Positions 1 to 12,594 of a DNA stretch of 64,000 bases are shown piece by piece (positions within the stretch are counted from its first letter, which is position 1; each line of letters begins with the position of its first letter). The stretch is taken from contig NW_005434670.1 of NCBI RefSeq assembly GCF_000315625.1, forward strand, positions 1,194,258 to 1,258,257. Direction: 5' to 3'. The position numbers and the translations under genes were made by a program. The notes below the pieces were generated by a model. The model did not search any database, was not told where the DNA came from, and saw only the letters and a program-made list of their open reading frames with translations. The DNA comes from Guillardia theta CCMP2712 (Eukaryota > Protista > Cryptophyta).

Positions 1-55
1 TATCCACAGAATCAGATCAGACCTTACACCGTTCAGTTCACCATGAGAACCTTGC

Positions 56-703
56 TCAAGAGGTAAATACCTGTAGGTTGCTGGCCCTGGAAAGAACCAC
101 TTGTAATCGCCGGGGCACGTTCCTGTCTCGCTTGTCAACGTGAATTCTCAAAACGAATTGCTTGCCTTTGATTGATGAGGTCACGTCGTGGTCATCCCGT
201 CCCGCCAGAGAGGAGGTTGCCTCCTTGATGATTTCCTGAATTCGATCATTGTACTTCAAGCACTCCATGGTCACATATCCTTGATCTTGAATTGCATGGA
301 AGTTCTCTTCCGATATTATCTTTTCTTTTAGGGAAATTCTAGCTAATGGATCATTCTCTTGAGCATAGAAAAGCTTCTTGCATACGCTGAATGCATCAGA
401 GGTGTATACATCGACGCCTTCTATTCGTGCTTCTTGAATTTGATCCTCCAGGAGATGCCGATTGTTTTGTAGCAGCTGCTCTGCAGACTGCACACCTTCT
501 TCTGTTCCGTTGCCTTCAAAGACACATTTGGCAGTGATAGATTCCAGACCAAAGAACAAGGGCTCGGTACTGTACCCAATCCACTCTAGTTCATCTTGCA
601 ATTTCTCACAGGAAGGAAGGAATCTATTGCATTTTGCGTACACTGTTATGCAGTCTGTTTCTGATGTGTGGTAAACTAATCGAACGTAAGCAACTAATCT
701 CAT
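56..703 (-). CDS. Hypothetical protein, large exon (gene probably spliced, boundaries uncertain)
   Basis: 215-aa ORF of normal globular composition; ends at a likely donor (CAG|GTATTT) near position 70; no family recognised. Confidence 0.45.
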   Translation of the reverse strand: MRLVAYVRLVYHTSETDCITVYAKCNRFLPSCEKLQDELEWIGYSTEPLFFGLESITAKCVFEGNGTEEGVQSAEQLLQNNRHLLEDQIQEARIEGVDVYTSDAFSVCKKLFYAQENDPLARISLKEKIISEENFHAIQDQGYVTMECLKYNDRIQEIIKEATSSLAGRDDHDVTSSIKGKQFVLRIHVDKRDRNVPRRLQVVLSRASNLQVFTS

Positions 704-1130
704 GTGTTAGTTTTCAGCCAGAATTCTTGCTCGCACGATGATAGAAAAGAATGTGATTCGTCTAGTGTTTGTTGGATCGCTAAGACCTGAAGTGAATGAC
801 TTGTTGTATTGCGATTGTTGCTGTGCGTGAGCTCACATGATCGTCTTCATGCCAATACTTGTGCTTCAATCTCCTTTCTCTTCGCTTGACCTTGGACCAT
901 CCCTCAGTCGAACATGAGCATGCGCACTAGCATCCTTCACAAGTTGATCACCCTACCCCCTATGACCACCTCCTTCCCAGGTCATCGCCCCCTATCCCCT
1001 ACCCCATGTCCACTCTATTGCCCCCCCAGTCAAAATGGTTCTACCCCTTTAAACGAAATCGCCACCCCCTACCCCTCTTGTGTACTACCCCATGTTCTTC
1101 ACTCACCCTAGGAACTTTACTCAAAGTTAA

Positions 1131-2420
1131 GTTAAAAAGTTAGAGCTTGACTCAGCCTACTAGTAGGCTAGTAGCCGTTCACAGAGTCCCGGCGGCCTCG
1201 GACTCCGCCCGGCCGGGAGTCTGCCCGAGCGGCTCAGAGTCGCCGGGAGTACGGTCCGCCTTTGGTCCGAAGGCCCGGGCCCCGGGCGGCCGGATCCGAT
1301 CGGATGCCAGGGCATGGGCCCGGGGCCGCGTCCGCGACCGGGCCGACCGGTCCGCCCCCAGGCCCACCGTCCGACCGTACAGGCTGCGGCGGCCTCGGAG
1401 GCTCGGACTCCCGGAGGCTCGCCAGCCGGGCCCTGCGGCCGCTGTGCGGCAGCCGGGGCGGCCACCCGGTGGCACCGTGTGATCGGACTCTCCGACGACT
1501 CGGTCAGGCCCCGCCTCACTGCGGCCGGAGTGCGCCGCGGGCACTGTAACCCGGCGGGCGCGCGGCGCCCCCGGCCCGGCGGGCCCCGCCGCCCCCCCCT
1601 CCGGGCCCCGCCGCATTACCGTTCAGTTACTGCGAGTCCGATCACCGAGTCAGCCGACGGTGGCTCACGGTCAGACCAACTGAGGTGCTCTTCATTGAAA
1701 CCTTACTTAAGTTAACTTAAAGTTACGGCGTCACGGTCCGAGGCGGCGGTAGCCTGCCAGTCACGGCGGGTGGCAGGCTACCGTCGTGCTGCACAACACG
1801 GCTTCATTCTGAAATCATCACAAGTTACTAGTGACAGTCACTGAGTCACCGTGTGCCAGGGGCCCAGGCTTTGACAGTGACTCAGTGATGGCAACCCGGC
1901 AGCGTGTGAGCCCGGGCCGTCACCGTACGGTGAAGGTCGGACCGTTGCTCGAAGCCCGCCGCCGCGGCCCGCCGCAAACTTGAATTCGCAAATTCCGAGT
2001 TCCGGTTCGGAAGTTCCGTTCAACGGCGTGACTAGCCTGGGCGCGGCCTCACCGGGGGCCCGCCCGGGCGGCGGGGCGGGTACCGTACCGCACTGTACCT
2101 CACTGGCTAAATCATCCGCCGATCATTGTCAGTGACGCCCGGACGCCGTCGGTCGGACTCCCGTGCACGGGGGCGCTGGCATCTGATGTGATCCGCCATC
2201 ATGCCACTGATCATGTACTAGTCCGGTCATGGCATCGGCGGATGCGGCACCCCGGCGGAGTACGGTCCCGGCGGCCCGGGCACCGACCGGTGAGCCGCCG
2301 GGCGACGGTGACGGCTGCCGCGCCGCGGCCGCGGCGTCCGAGGGCCGAGCACTGTCATGAGCCTCGGAGTGCCGCCCGCCGCTGTGCGGCCCCGGCGGCC
2401 GCCGGCTGTGATTGTACTCA
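1131..2420. repeat. GC-rich island of nested short palindromes and hairpins (intergenic)
   Basis: Perfect palindromes AGCCTACTAGTAGGCT (1154-1169), TTAAGTTAACTTAA (1707-1720), TCACCGTACGGTGA (1920-1933), CGCCGCGGCCGCGGCG (2321-2336); 13-bp-arm hairpin at 1747-1783. Confidence 0.8.
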
Positions 2421-2425
2421 CTAGA

Positions 2426-4255
2426 TCACTTGTACGTGTCACTGGCGAAGAAAGGATGTGTTTGACAGTCCAGACCGATCCGAAACCCATAAACGATTCC
2501 GCTGGCGACAAGGACGAGTAGAGGGAGATGGACGTAAATGCCCCAGTAGTGCTTGATGATGATGTGAGTTCGGTTGCTCCACTGCACTCTTGGGATGCGA
2601 TACCTGCGAAGTACAAGCATGTCAGCTGCAGGGACCAGCAAGAGGGGCCTGTCAATTACTTGGTCTCTCCTACGTCTTCACGGATGGGAGCAGGACAGCA
2701 CTGCCATCTCAATCACCAACACTCACGGCAGTAACAGAACAGCAATTCCTCACCGATTCAAAGACGATTTCATCTACATTCAGCACAAACATCACTGCCA
2801 CAGTTGACCGAATGACAAGATCAACGGTTGGAGAGGTAGAGATCCACAAAACTCCAGACACCAAGATCGCAGTCCATGTGAAGATCTCAGTCAAGACAGC
2901 AGTGGAAAATATCGCAAGCCTTAAGTAAAAGTTGGCATGCAAATGTTTTGCTTCAACGGAATCTTCGGCTGTTTCTAATGTTCCAACCTTGTCCCCATCG
3001 CCAAGTTGATGATGCGTACTAAATAAACAAATGCTAACAAAGTATGAAAATCAGTAAACCTATTCACAATGAATGAAGAGGAGAAACTTACATAGATTGA
3101 TTCCGCATGTTTCCAACGTTATTCCACATCTGCCATCAGAATCACACAGATCGCATTAATGGCAGGAGATCAACAACCCACCAATGTAATAAAAATCATA
3201 ACCCCACATATCTGCAATGAGGACGGAATTTCACAAATTTGAGTGATCACATCTGCGTTCTCCAAGTCCGGTACATGAATGAGAAACAACTGAACAGAAA
3301 ATACAATTTGAATACATATCGAGACAATTAGCATGGTGCCGCACAGAAATGCAGCTCGAACGTATCCTGTTTGAAGACCCACGTGCAAGAAGGCTCCATA
3401 AGCATTTTGCGATACTTTGACCCAAGAAACCGAAGGATTGGATTCATCATCATCTACACTGTCACCATTATTCTCGTTCCCTTCCTGGCTTTCTGTTGGA
3501 TTCTCCAATTGATTCTCTCTCTCCTTTTCTCTCTCCTTCTTCTTTCCCTTCTCCTTCTGCCTCTCCGCATTTTCTCTTTCTTTGTTCTCATACTCTTCCT
3601 CAGCGATATTTTGTTGATCTGGTGCGACTTTGTTATGAAAGTTTGAATCCTGGATGATAGATTGATGGCTTGCTCCAACTTGATTATCAAACTTCGAGTG
3701 CATTCTGTAAGGGATCCTTATCGCATGCGAGCGAGCCCACCAATTGTTTGCTGATGCAATTGCCTTGGAAGTTGTCTTCAATTTTCTCAGCTTCTCCTGC
3801 CGACGATATTCCTTCGCCTCTGCTTCTGTTTGCGCTGCCGTCGAGTCGCGAGCTTCAACCATTTTTTTTAAAAGGTTGACTTGATCACAATAGTAATCGA
3901 GATACCCCCTCATCTTTTCAACTTGAGAATGAAGATCGTCATCCTCACTCAATGAAGAGAAGTTTTTCAACGTTTCTTGGTTCGAGCTTGTTGACACGTT
4001 GAAAGGGGTATCGGAATTTGGGCTTGCTGTTTCACAATGCCCCGCATAGTCATTGGCACGATCACCTGTAGCAGCTTGCATGCTGTACTTATCAGCAAAC
4101 AGTCGTTTGCAAGTCTGGATTGAGGAAATGCAACGCGATTCTACAACATCACCAAAATGCACCCCATCGCCTCGGTTCGCTGACAGGCACAGAACCGTAG
4201 TACCCTGTAAGAAACAGAAGAAAGAACAATCAGGGCTCTCAATCATACAAGACAC
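2426..4255 (-). CDS. Multi-exon hypothetical multi-pass membrane protein with N-terminal coiled coil (5' exon lies further upstream)
   Basis: Exon ORFs 3170-4255, 2709-2942 and 2426-2641; charged coiled coil followed by hydrophobic helices (AAFLCGTMLIVSICIQIVFSVQLF; LAIFSTAVLTEIFTWTAILVSGVLWI; DLVIRSTVAVMFVLNVDEIVFE). Confidence 0.65.
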
Positions 4256-5942
4256 GTAGAAAATGAAAATGCGAACAGTTCCGGCAGGCAGAGAGCTTCA
4301 TGAAAAATTTGATGTAGCTCTGTGTGATGAAAGCAAAGCAGTACCACAGGAACTCAAAGTGCAAGTGAAGTCGATGAACAAAAATGATAGATACTCTCAT
4401 GGTAGCAAAACAAATACCACAGAATGAGGTTTGCAAGGAAGTATATCAATTTTTCAACAAACATGGGGGGATAAGGGCGCAGGAAGAAATTCGTAGACAA
4501 CAAACACCACTTCGCAGTCTAGCATTGTGCAGCCGAGTACTGCGCTCAGAACTCCGCAACGAGGCCAATGAGACGAAGGGGGGATATGAAAGGAATGGAG
4601 GGAAAGTGAGGAGAGGAAGAGGAGGACCGAGAGGGATGGGGAGGACGGGAGAGGAAGCGCGCGACATTGGAAAGTGCAGGGTGAAGCAGCAGACGGTTTT
4701 CATCTCAATGTGCAGTTTGTACCCCTACCCCCTGAAACGAAATGAGCACCTCAGTGGATCTGGGGTAGGGTATAACATTCCTATTGCTACGAGTGATAGC
4801 ACGGTAGGACCGATGCTGGCTAAAACTCAGATTGTTAACTGCTCGGTGTCAATTTAAAACTGTTAGCTAGATGCTTGCCCGGTGAAGATAGTCCTTTGCT
4901 AGTGACTTTAACCCGTTTCCCCATATATCACCCCCTTCTTTAGTATGGATGAATCCGGTTACCTCCTTCACCTCGAAAGCCAAACAAACAGACAGACTTG
5001 TCTGTCACATATAAGTGTATTGTTATTGGTTTTTGGTTTTAAAAGTTCTATGTAGGCTGGGCTCTCTCTTCATTAGCTAATTTATTAGGTAGGTACCCCA
5101 CGGAGGACAGCCCTAGCGCCTTTAGTCACCGGTAAAAAGTAATAAACATTTCGAAAAAATAATTGACTTATACAGATCATACACTACATTTTTGGAATTA
5201 TAGAGTGCTTTATAAATATTGTACAGATTTGTACGGGTAATGTGACCCTCATCCCTAATCTCATTAGCAGGTATGGAGTGATTTTTAAAAAAAAACATTC
5301 CCCAGAAATTCGCTCCCCACCCCCCTTGGTATGTATGACCCTACCATCATGACACGCAACTGATTATATGGAAAATGACCCCATACTCTGAAACCAATTA
5401 CTCCTGGGAGAACCGGGTAGGTACATTGACAACAGGGGTAGCTGTGGACAACCGGGTTAGGTCGGTTTATCCGAAAGACTCGAAAAAAAATTAAGGAGGC
5501 GAGATGTCACCTCTAAAAAGGACCTGTAAGGACCGAGCCCGCCCCGTCGTATACGGTCGGAGTTTTGGTCCCTGCCGGGGCCCGGACGGCCCCGGCCCGC
5601 CGATCACTAGTGACATGCAGGGGCCTGATGAACTTTTGCAGGTTCTATGAACTTCAAGTGTTCATTTCAGGAACTTTTGACATGTGCGATTCTGCTTGTA
5701 AGTGGGAAAGACGAGCAGAGCAACGAGCAGAGCAACGAGTGAGCCAAGAGAAGAGGAGAAGAGAAGAGGAGAAGAGAAGAGGAGCTGAAGGCAGGAGCAG
5801 GACGACGGCGGTTTCAACCTTTAGCTGCGCAGGAACGATCCTTCGAAGTGTTCCTGGACATTCATTCCCTGAATTTCTGGGGTATCTTTCCTGAGGAACA
5901 TCCATCGTTTGATACAGAACATCTTTATCAGCATTGTGCAAC

Positions 5943-8126
5943 ATGAACGATACGGCAAACAAAGTCATCAAGTTTGCTGATGCTCAATGCCTCCCCATCG
6001 GCCTTGTGTCTGCAATCATCTTCGGCATTGCAGTTCCGATTGTTGGATATAAAGTTGGGTCGGGGAACGTGAGTGTTCGAGACTCTTGTTTTGACATCAT
6101 ACTCGTGACCACATCCTCTTGACAGTATGCGGGAGTTCTTTGCGTCGTCATTATCTTCTTCTTCGCTGGCCTTAAGCTTAAGACGGACGAATGCAAGACT
6201 GCGCTCAAGTCCTACAAGGTCACGACGGTGGGGTTGGTGAGATAAGTTCCGCAGGAGGTCTCTTTGACTTTGACTTGACGGATCTTTCCCAGCTCTCCAT
6301 TCTCGTCTTCACCTGCATGCTCGGCTCTGCGCTCACCCGAGCCGTTCCTCTCGATCCTGTAGATTTCAAACTCGGTATCTGACGTCATCTTGCAAACGCA
6401 GTTGCTCACGTAGCTCGGCAGGGATGATCATATTCTTTTGTATGCCATGCACAATCAACAGCGGTTCTGTGCTAGCAAAACAGGTGAGTGTCTCTGCTAC
6501 TCCTCTGATGTTCGAGCACCAAGATTATACTTCACCCTCTTTCTTTCCTCCATTGCTCACTTTGCTGATGCGATTACAGGCCGGTGGAAACTTTGCTTCA
6601 GCTCTTCTCCTGACTGTGATGGGGAACATGTTGGTGGGCACTACTGAGCTGCTCGCTGTTTCTGCTTCTGATCTCGATGCTTGCAGGGAATTTTTACTTG
6701 CCCTCTCCTGTTGTGGTTGTTCGCTGATCTGCAGAATGTGAGACTGGATGCAAGAGAGGATATTGAGAGTGATGGAAGTTGCGACGATGACGATGACGAT
6801 GACGACGACGACGACGATGACGATGACGATGATGATGACGACTATGGTGTGCATGATGGTGATGGTGATGAAGATGACGGTGATGATATTCTTGGCGGCG
6901 ACAGCCACGACTGCAAATGTAAAGACACCGACTACGATGCTCATGATCGCTTTCAGGTTTCATTTCCTGTTGGCAGCATGGTTTGGAAGTTGTGTCTAAC
7001 AGGTTAACATTGCTATCTCTGTTCCAACAGTCCGTCATCTAGACCTAGTATTTGTTCCCTTGATCATCGGAAAGCTGCTTCAGGAACTCCCTACCTCCGA
7101 TCATCTTGTTGGAGCTTTCTTGGCTCTCCTCCCGCTGATCTGAAATTCCGGAACAGGTCAAGAGGACAGTTGCAACGTACAACAAGCACATCACCTACGC
7201 TTCCAACGCTCTCCTTGTAATGATTCCATGGATGAAGATATCAAAATCCGTCATTGATGGAGACTTCCAGAAGGTGAGAACAGCTACCATCGTTGCAAAG
7301 TGAAATGACTGGAAGAGATTTCAGGCAAGCGTCTTCGACATGCTCGTAGTGCTGCTGTGGACATCGTTTATTCACATCTTATTCTTGGTAACCTCACTCG
7401 TGCCCCACTGCCACTGCCCCTGCTCCTGCTCTTCTCCTCATATTTGCCTCACTAGATTCTCAACTACGGGCTATCCGTCCTCTTGAAGCTCGAAGTCCCT
7501 TTTCAAAAAGCTGTTGTGCTCGTTGGCAGCTCGAAAACCCTTCCAATGGCATTGACGGTGAGGAACTTCCTCTGTCTTGCAAGCTCTTCATTCCTGCTCC
7601 TCTTCAATTTTGTCCTCTTCTCCTGACTGCGTTTGATGCAACTAACCTCCTCGCCAGGTCCTCACTTTCCTCCCTCCCGATGCAGGCAGCCAACCCCTCT
7701 CCCCTCCCAACCTCTGCATGATCCTTCACTGACTGCAAGGCCGACAGGTCAGGATGGGCTCGTGGCGATCCCTTGCATCATCGGGCACATGGGACAAGTA
7801 GGGCGATGCACTGACGTCATTATCACTGACATCTCGGCGCCTTATCAGATCGTCATTGACGGCTTCGTCTCATCTGCCTGGGCAGCGCACACCAAGGGTG
7901 AAGTTTGAGGTTGCTGAATAAGCGCATGTGACCTTGTGGCAGATTCCCAGGCGAGCAAGACGAATCAGATTTCTTTACCTTCTTCTCCTCCTCATGAGCC
8001 CGCGGTCAAGGAAGGTGCCAGAAACTCTTGCTCCTCCTCTCCTTCCCTGAGAGTCTCGTCTTGTTGACAGAGGCAGACACAGCGCCCATGGTCAAGAATG
8101 CGGAGCTGGCGGAAAGCAAAGCATGA
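5943..8126 (+). CDS. SBF-like / BASS4-type sodium:metabolite (bile acid:Na+) symporter, multi-exon
   Basis: Spliced motifs LPIGLVSAIIFG, IIFFFAGLKLKTDE, FFCMPCTINSGSVL, AGGNFASALLLTVMGNML, KTLPMALTV, IPCIIGHMGQIVIDGF, as in the BASS4/SLC10A7 family; last exon ends ...ELAESKA* at 8126. Confidence 0.85.
6783..6890. repeat. Intronic (GAT/GAC/GGT)n trinucleotide microsatellite
   Basis: gacgatgacgatgacgat... run inside an intron of the BASS gene. Confidence 0.9.
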
Positions 8127-8624
8127 ATCTGATAGCACTCATTATTGTTTCAAACAAAGACATATTTCTGATAAGATTGGAGCGGGGGACGATGATGGAA
8201 CCGAGAGGAGCTAGTACAGAGATTGCCAGCAGGGGGGACAAGCAGGAGCAGGAGAAGCAGGAGCTTCAAGCAGGGGCAGGAGAAGCAGGGGCAGGGGCAG
8301 CGCGAAAGTTGCTTTGCCTTGCTTGCGAACTCTTGTTGACATTATAGTACCCCCTTACATAGCTTAAATTTATCCTTGAGAGAACCGGTAGTACACCATG
8401 ACATTCAGGAGGCATGGGTCGGACTGTGCTGTAGGATAGGGGAAGCGAGCGAGTAGGGGAGGAGAAACGGGGAGAGGAAGCGAGAGGAGGAGGGGGAGAA
8501 AGAGAGAGAGGAGAAGGGCTTGTGAACGATGACGATGCTAGTGGTAGAAGGGAGGAAGGAAGGACTTGAGGGAGATGGAGGGGGTGGGGCTCCACGTGGC
8601 TTCGTTTGCTTGATTTGAAGCTAG

Positions 8625-11066
8625 ATGCACGGAAGAGAAGGAGCAAGAGCAGGGGCACAGGAGATGAGCAAGAGGAGAGACAGGGACGAAGAAGAGGATC
8701 AAGAGACTGAAGCATTTAGCAAGGAGGATGATCTCTGCATCCGGGGGGCGAGGATAGTGCCAGCCTTACATCCTCGAACTCTCAATACCGCTGCTGCATC
8801 CCATGCACTTCTAAGCATGCCATCAGGGAGGCAGGAGAAAGACCATTCAACATCTTGTAGCAGCGCATGTCGCTAGGCTTCGGCTTCGAGTACAAGACGC
8901 CGGAGGAGGCGGTGGTCACCGTGGTAGAGCCAGGAGGGCCAGCGGATGCGGCAGGGTGAGCCTCCTCTTCTTCGTGAAGATTCCTTTCTTGATCTCGATG
9001 ACGCAGAGTGAGAGTCGGGGACGTGATCCTTCAAGTCAACGGCGAGCCCGTCCAAAACCTTCCTCGCGGCCTCAAGGAGACGCTGACCATGGGAGGCCTT
9101 GAGGTCAGCCTCCTCCTCCAAGCACAGGAGCAGCTCCTGAGCGCTGGCACGTGGGGATTCATCGGGATGGGAAGTCTGCGATCGAGACCGCAGGCAAGGA
9201 GGAGGAAAGGCGGTGGGGAGGGGTGGGGGGGGTTAGGGGGCGTTCGAGGACAAGGACAAGGAGGAGCACGAGGAGAGGGGGAGAGGAGAGTACATCTGTG
9301 CAAGGAGTGACATCATGCCAGCCAAGGTCGGTGACCATTCGTCGACGACCTCACAAGTCCCCGGGCAAGAGTAGGGAGGTAGGTCAAGTTTCTTGCTCCC
9401 TTCACCCTGTTCACGAGGTGATGGCATGCAGGACGTCTCGCTGCCTCCTGCTGCTGCGGCCCATCGTGAGGTCGGACGGGAGTGCTTCCGGCAGGGCAAG
9501 TGGGACGAGGCCTCACGAGCTTTCACGGTGATCCGATGTGACGACTGCTTGCGAACGTGACCTGTTGGCTGCAGGAAGCGATTTCAGTGTGCTCTGACTC
9601 GCACACGCTCTATACCAACAGGGCACTCTGCCATCAGAAGTTAGGACGGTGAGCCGCCGTTGCGACATCAGAGAGGGGAGGAGGGAGGGAGTTGGAGGAG
9701 GGAGGATAGGAAGAAAGATGGATGGTACAAGAGTCAAAGTTTCGGGACAGGTGGGAGCTGGTGGAACGAGACGCAAGACTTGCACTCTCTCAGCCGAAAG
9801 GAGGCAGCAACTCGGTGAAAGCGCATTATCTGCTGGGAAAGGCCCTCCTGGAACTAGGAAGACACGAGGAGGCGAAACACGAACTGCTCAAGTAATGGCG
9901 ACCTTGCTGCTGCTGGGTACACTGACCCTTGATGCTGCAGATCCATGTCGCTTTCCTCGTCACCCGACTTCAAGAACTACCGAGGAAGGTTGCTATAGCT
10001 CTCGGATTGCGCTGGCTGGCCTGACTGGTGACAAGCATCGACGCTGCTCTGTGTCTTGCAAGGAAGCGGATCTGGGAGAAGGAGCAGGTGAAATTTGTTC
10101 AGTGTGGATGAGGAAGGAAGGGAAGGTGAAGTCACGTTGAAGGTCAAGAGGAGCGGAAGGGATTACGACTTGCGGGAGGAGCTGCTGCAGCTTGCGGAGA
10201 GGTGCCATGAGAGCAAGAAAAGGAAGGGAGCAGACGCGCCGCAGACCTCAGCGTTGGAGGACAGGTCGAATGCGATCTACCTCGTGAGTTGTTCCGCGTG
10301 GGAAGAGGAGGATGAGACGAATTGTTGCAGGTCTTCAAGAATTCGGCGCAGAGAAACGAAGTCAGCTCAATCCCCAAGGTCTCTCTCTCCCCCCCACTGT
10401 CGAGAGCGGCTCCTCTCAGTTGGACAAGAACTTTGACTTAGACGGAGGAGCTCAAGTCAGCCATGGACGCAAGTACATCTACATCATTGAAGAGAGCATG
10501 GGTTTTGTCATCTTGCTTCAAGCTGAGGGATGCCGAGTTGCTCCCAGAATCCAGAAAAATTCTCTGCCACGGACCCGAAGGAATGCTCCTTTCGAACGTC
10601 ACGGCTTCCCTGAGGAAGAGTAGNNNNNNNNNNNNNNNNNNNNNNNNNNNNNNNNNNNNNNNNNNNNNNNNNNNNNNNNNNNNNNNNNNNNNNNNNNNNN
10701 NNNNNNNNNNNNNNNNNNNNNNNTCATTTGCCGGCTCAGCAGGAAGGTCATGATTGACCCCGTCACGTCGCCGTTTGGTCAGGTGGGCAGGATGAGATTC
10801 AAAATTTCCTCCCCTGACTCCAGCTCGGCATGCAGACGTACGACAGAGAGGCGATAGAGGAGCACCTAGCCAAGAGCGGAGGGTGCGACCCTTTCAATGC
10901 TAACGAGAGGTCAGGACGCGCACGGGCCATGTGCTCAGTGTGGATCAAACCATGATGATCATGTTGCAGGTACACGGCCTCACAGCTTATCAACAACTTG
11001 GCTCTGAAGAACTTCATCGATCAGTTCTTGGAGAAGCATCCTTGGGCGTTTGAACATGTTTGCTAA
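8625..11066 (+). CDS. CHIP/STUB1-like TPR + U-box E3 ubiquitin ligase with an N-terminal PDZ domain, multi-exon, spans an N gap
   Basis: PDZ: GFGFEY..VVTVVEPGGPADAAG..VRVGDVILQVNGEPV. TPR: GRECFRQGKWDEA..YTNRALCHQKL..SVKAHYLLGKALLELGRHEEA. CHIP helix SIDAALCLARKRIWEKEQ. U-box: MIDPVTSPFGQTYDREAIEEHL..QLINNLALKNFIDQFLEKHPWAF. Start uncertain (8625 or 8664). Confidence 0.8.
10624..10723. other. Assembly gap (100 N)
   Basis: Run of N. Confidence 1.
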
Positions 11067-11129
11067 GCATGATGGTATCATGAAAGTGAATCTCGTCTCG
11101 GAGAGTCAGTGGGAGAACTTGGAAACTAA

Positions 11130-11600
11130 GCGGCAGCGGACTCGGGGGGTGACGCCGCGAGACGCGGTCTCGGACTAGAATAAGTCGGCTGTCGGTCACT
11201 GTCACCGCTGTCCGAGCGCGGCCCGCCCGGCCGGTCACCGGGTCTCGCGGCTGACTCAGACGGTGACGCACTTCCAGCTGAGGCCCTGAATTGACTCAGT
11301 CGAGTCTCACCTAAAGGCTGGCCGCTGGCTGAGTCCGGTCACCAGTGCTGTGCCGGGCGTCACTGCGCGTCAGGCTGTCAGGCCCGGCCCGGGATTGGTG
11401 ACTTAAGAGTGATTGTGGTAACTGACGGTTCAACCGCCAGTTGTGGCTCGCCATTCCGACCGCCCGGCCGCCACGGTTAAAAAAAAAAAGTTACCTGCCA
11501 GGCTGCAAGTTACTACGGCACCATCACGCTGCTAGACCCGGATGTCCCAGTAAAGCAAGTCGATCAGTCAGTACAAGTACACACAAGTTTGAGTAAACTT
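11130..11600. repeat. GC-rich palindromic intergenic island
   Basis: Dense CCGG/GGCC/GACTC/GTCAC words, e.g. ccggccggtcaccgg, gactcagtcgagtc, aagtttgagtaaactt. Confidence 0.7.
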
Positions 11601-11897
11601 TAGTACCATGATGTGTGTACTTGTATCTTTGCAAGCCCGGCTCATCACTCGCACGGGCAGTGGGTCTTTTTTATTTTTTTTTCTCCAATGTTTTTGGGGT
11701 GTCCCATAGTCGTCATTACGACTTTCCTGGACTACCCCTTCTTTCTACCTGTATGTACCCCTTTCTTTCTATTTTGCACTTATTGGAGGAGCCACCCCCA
11801 CCCCCTACTTTCATATGACCCCTCAGTCGTCAGATTTGGACGCCGTCCCGAAACCGCGGCTCAAGGAGCTGGACAGGTGGGGAAAGAAGAGTAGGGA

Positions 11898-11899
<2 letters not shown>

Positions 11900-11933
<34 letters not shown>

Positions 11934-11950
11934 GAGAGAGAGGAAGAGAG
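11900..11950. repeat. (GA)n microsatellite
   Basis: agagagag run; a second (GA)n lies at 12536-12592 next to the gap. Confidence 0.9.
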
Positions 11951-12201
11951 GGTCACTGAACTTACATCAGCGCTTCGTCCTTGCCGCTACTGAACTCGGT
12001 TTCGATAAGTTCGCTATCCTCCTGGTCATGCTCTCATTCGGTGGCGTGCAGAAGCTGCCGTCCTACCTTGCTGTAACTCTGTAGCCTCCCGTCGTTGCGA
12101 CGGAAATACCACAGGACCGGCATGAAAACCCTACAAAGACAGTGTAAGCATGCACACACGAGCTTGAAATCACTTTGACAGACCGGTCCTCTTGGTCCTG
12201 C

Positions 12202-12543
12202 ATGGCTACTGAAAGATTGAAGTCACACAGAGATACCATCGTTCAACTCAACAGACGCGTAAAGCGCGCAGCAGGTTGTGGATCCACCATGAAAAGAAGT
12301 CGAAGATCGGGACAGTTGCGCGAAGAGGAAGAGTTTTACATGTCACTCATCAATTCAACAACAGATTGATGTCAAAGTTTCACATGAACATGCGGGAAGA
12401 AACAGTGGAAGGAATGTGGCAGGGAAAAAAAAAACNNNNNNNNNNNNNNNNNNNNNNNNNNNNNNNNNNNNNNNNNNNNNNNNNNNNNNNNNNNNNNNNN
12501 NNNNNNNNNNNNNNNNNNNNNNNNNNNNNNNNNNNAGAGAGAC

Positions 12544-12594
<51 letters not shown>

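Noticed and set aside
1147-1715. Six overlapping Arg/Pro/Gly/Ala-rich ORFs on both strands
   Set aside because: Expected from stop-poor, very GC-rich palindromic DNA; no domain or codon signal.
6525-7038. Poly-Asp/His/Met/Val ORFs
   Set aside because: Translations of an intronic trinucleotide microsatellite.
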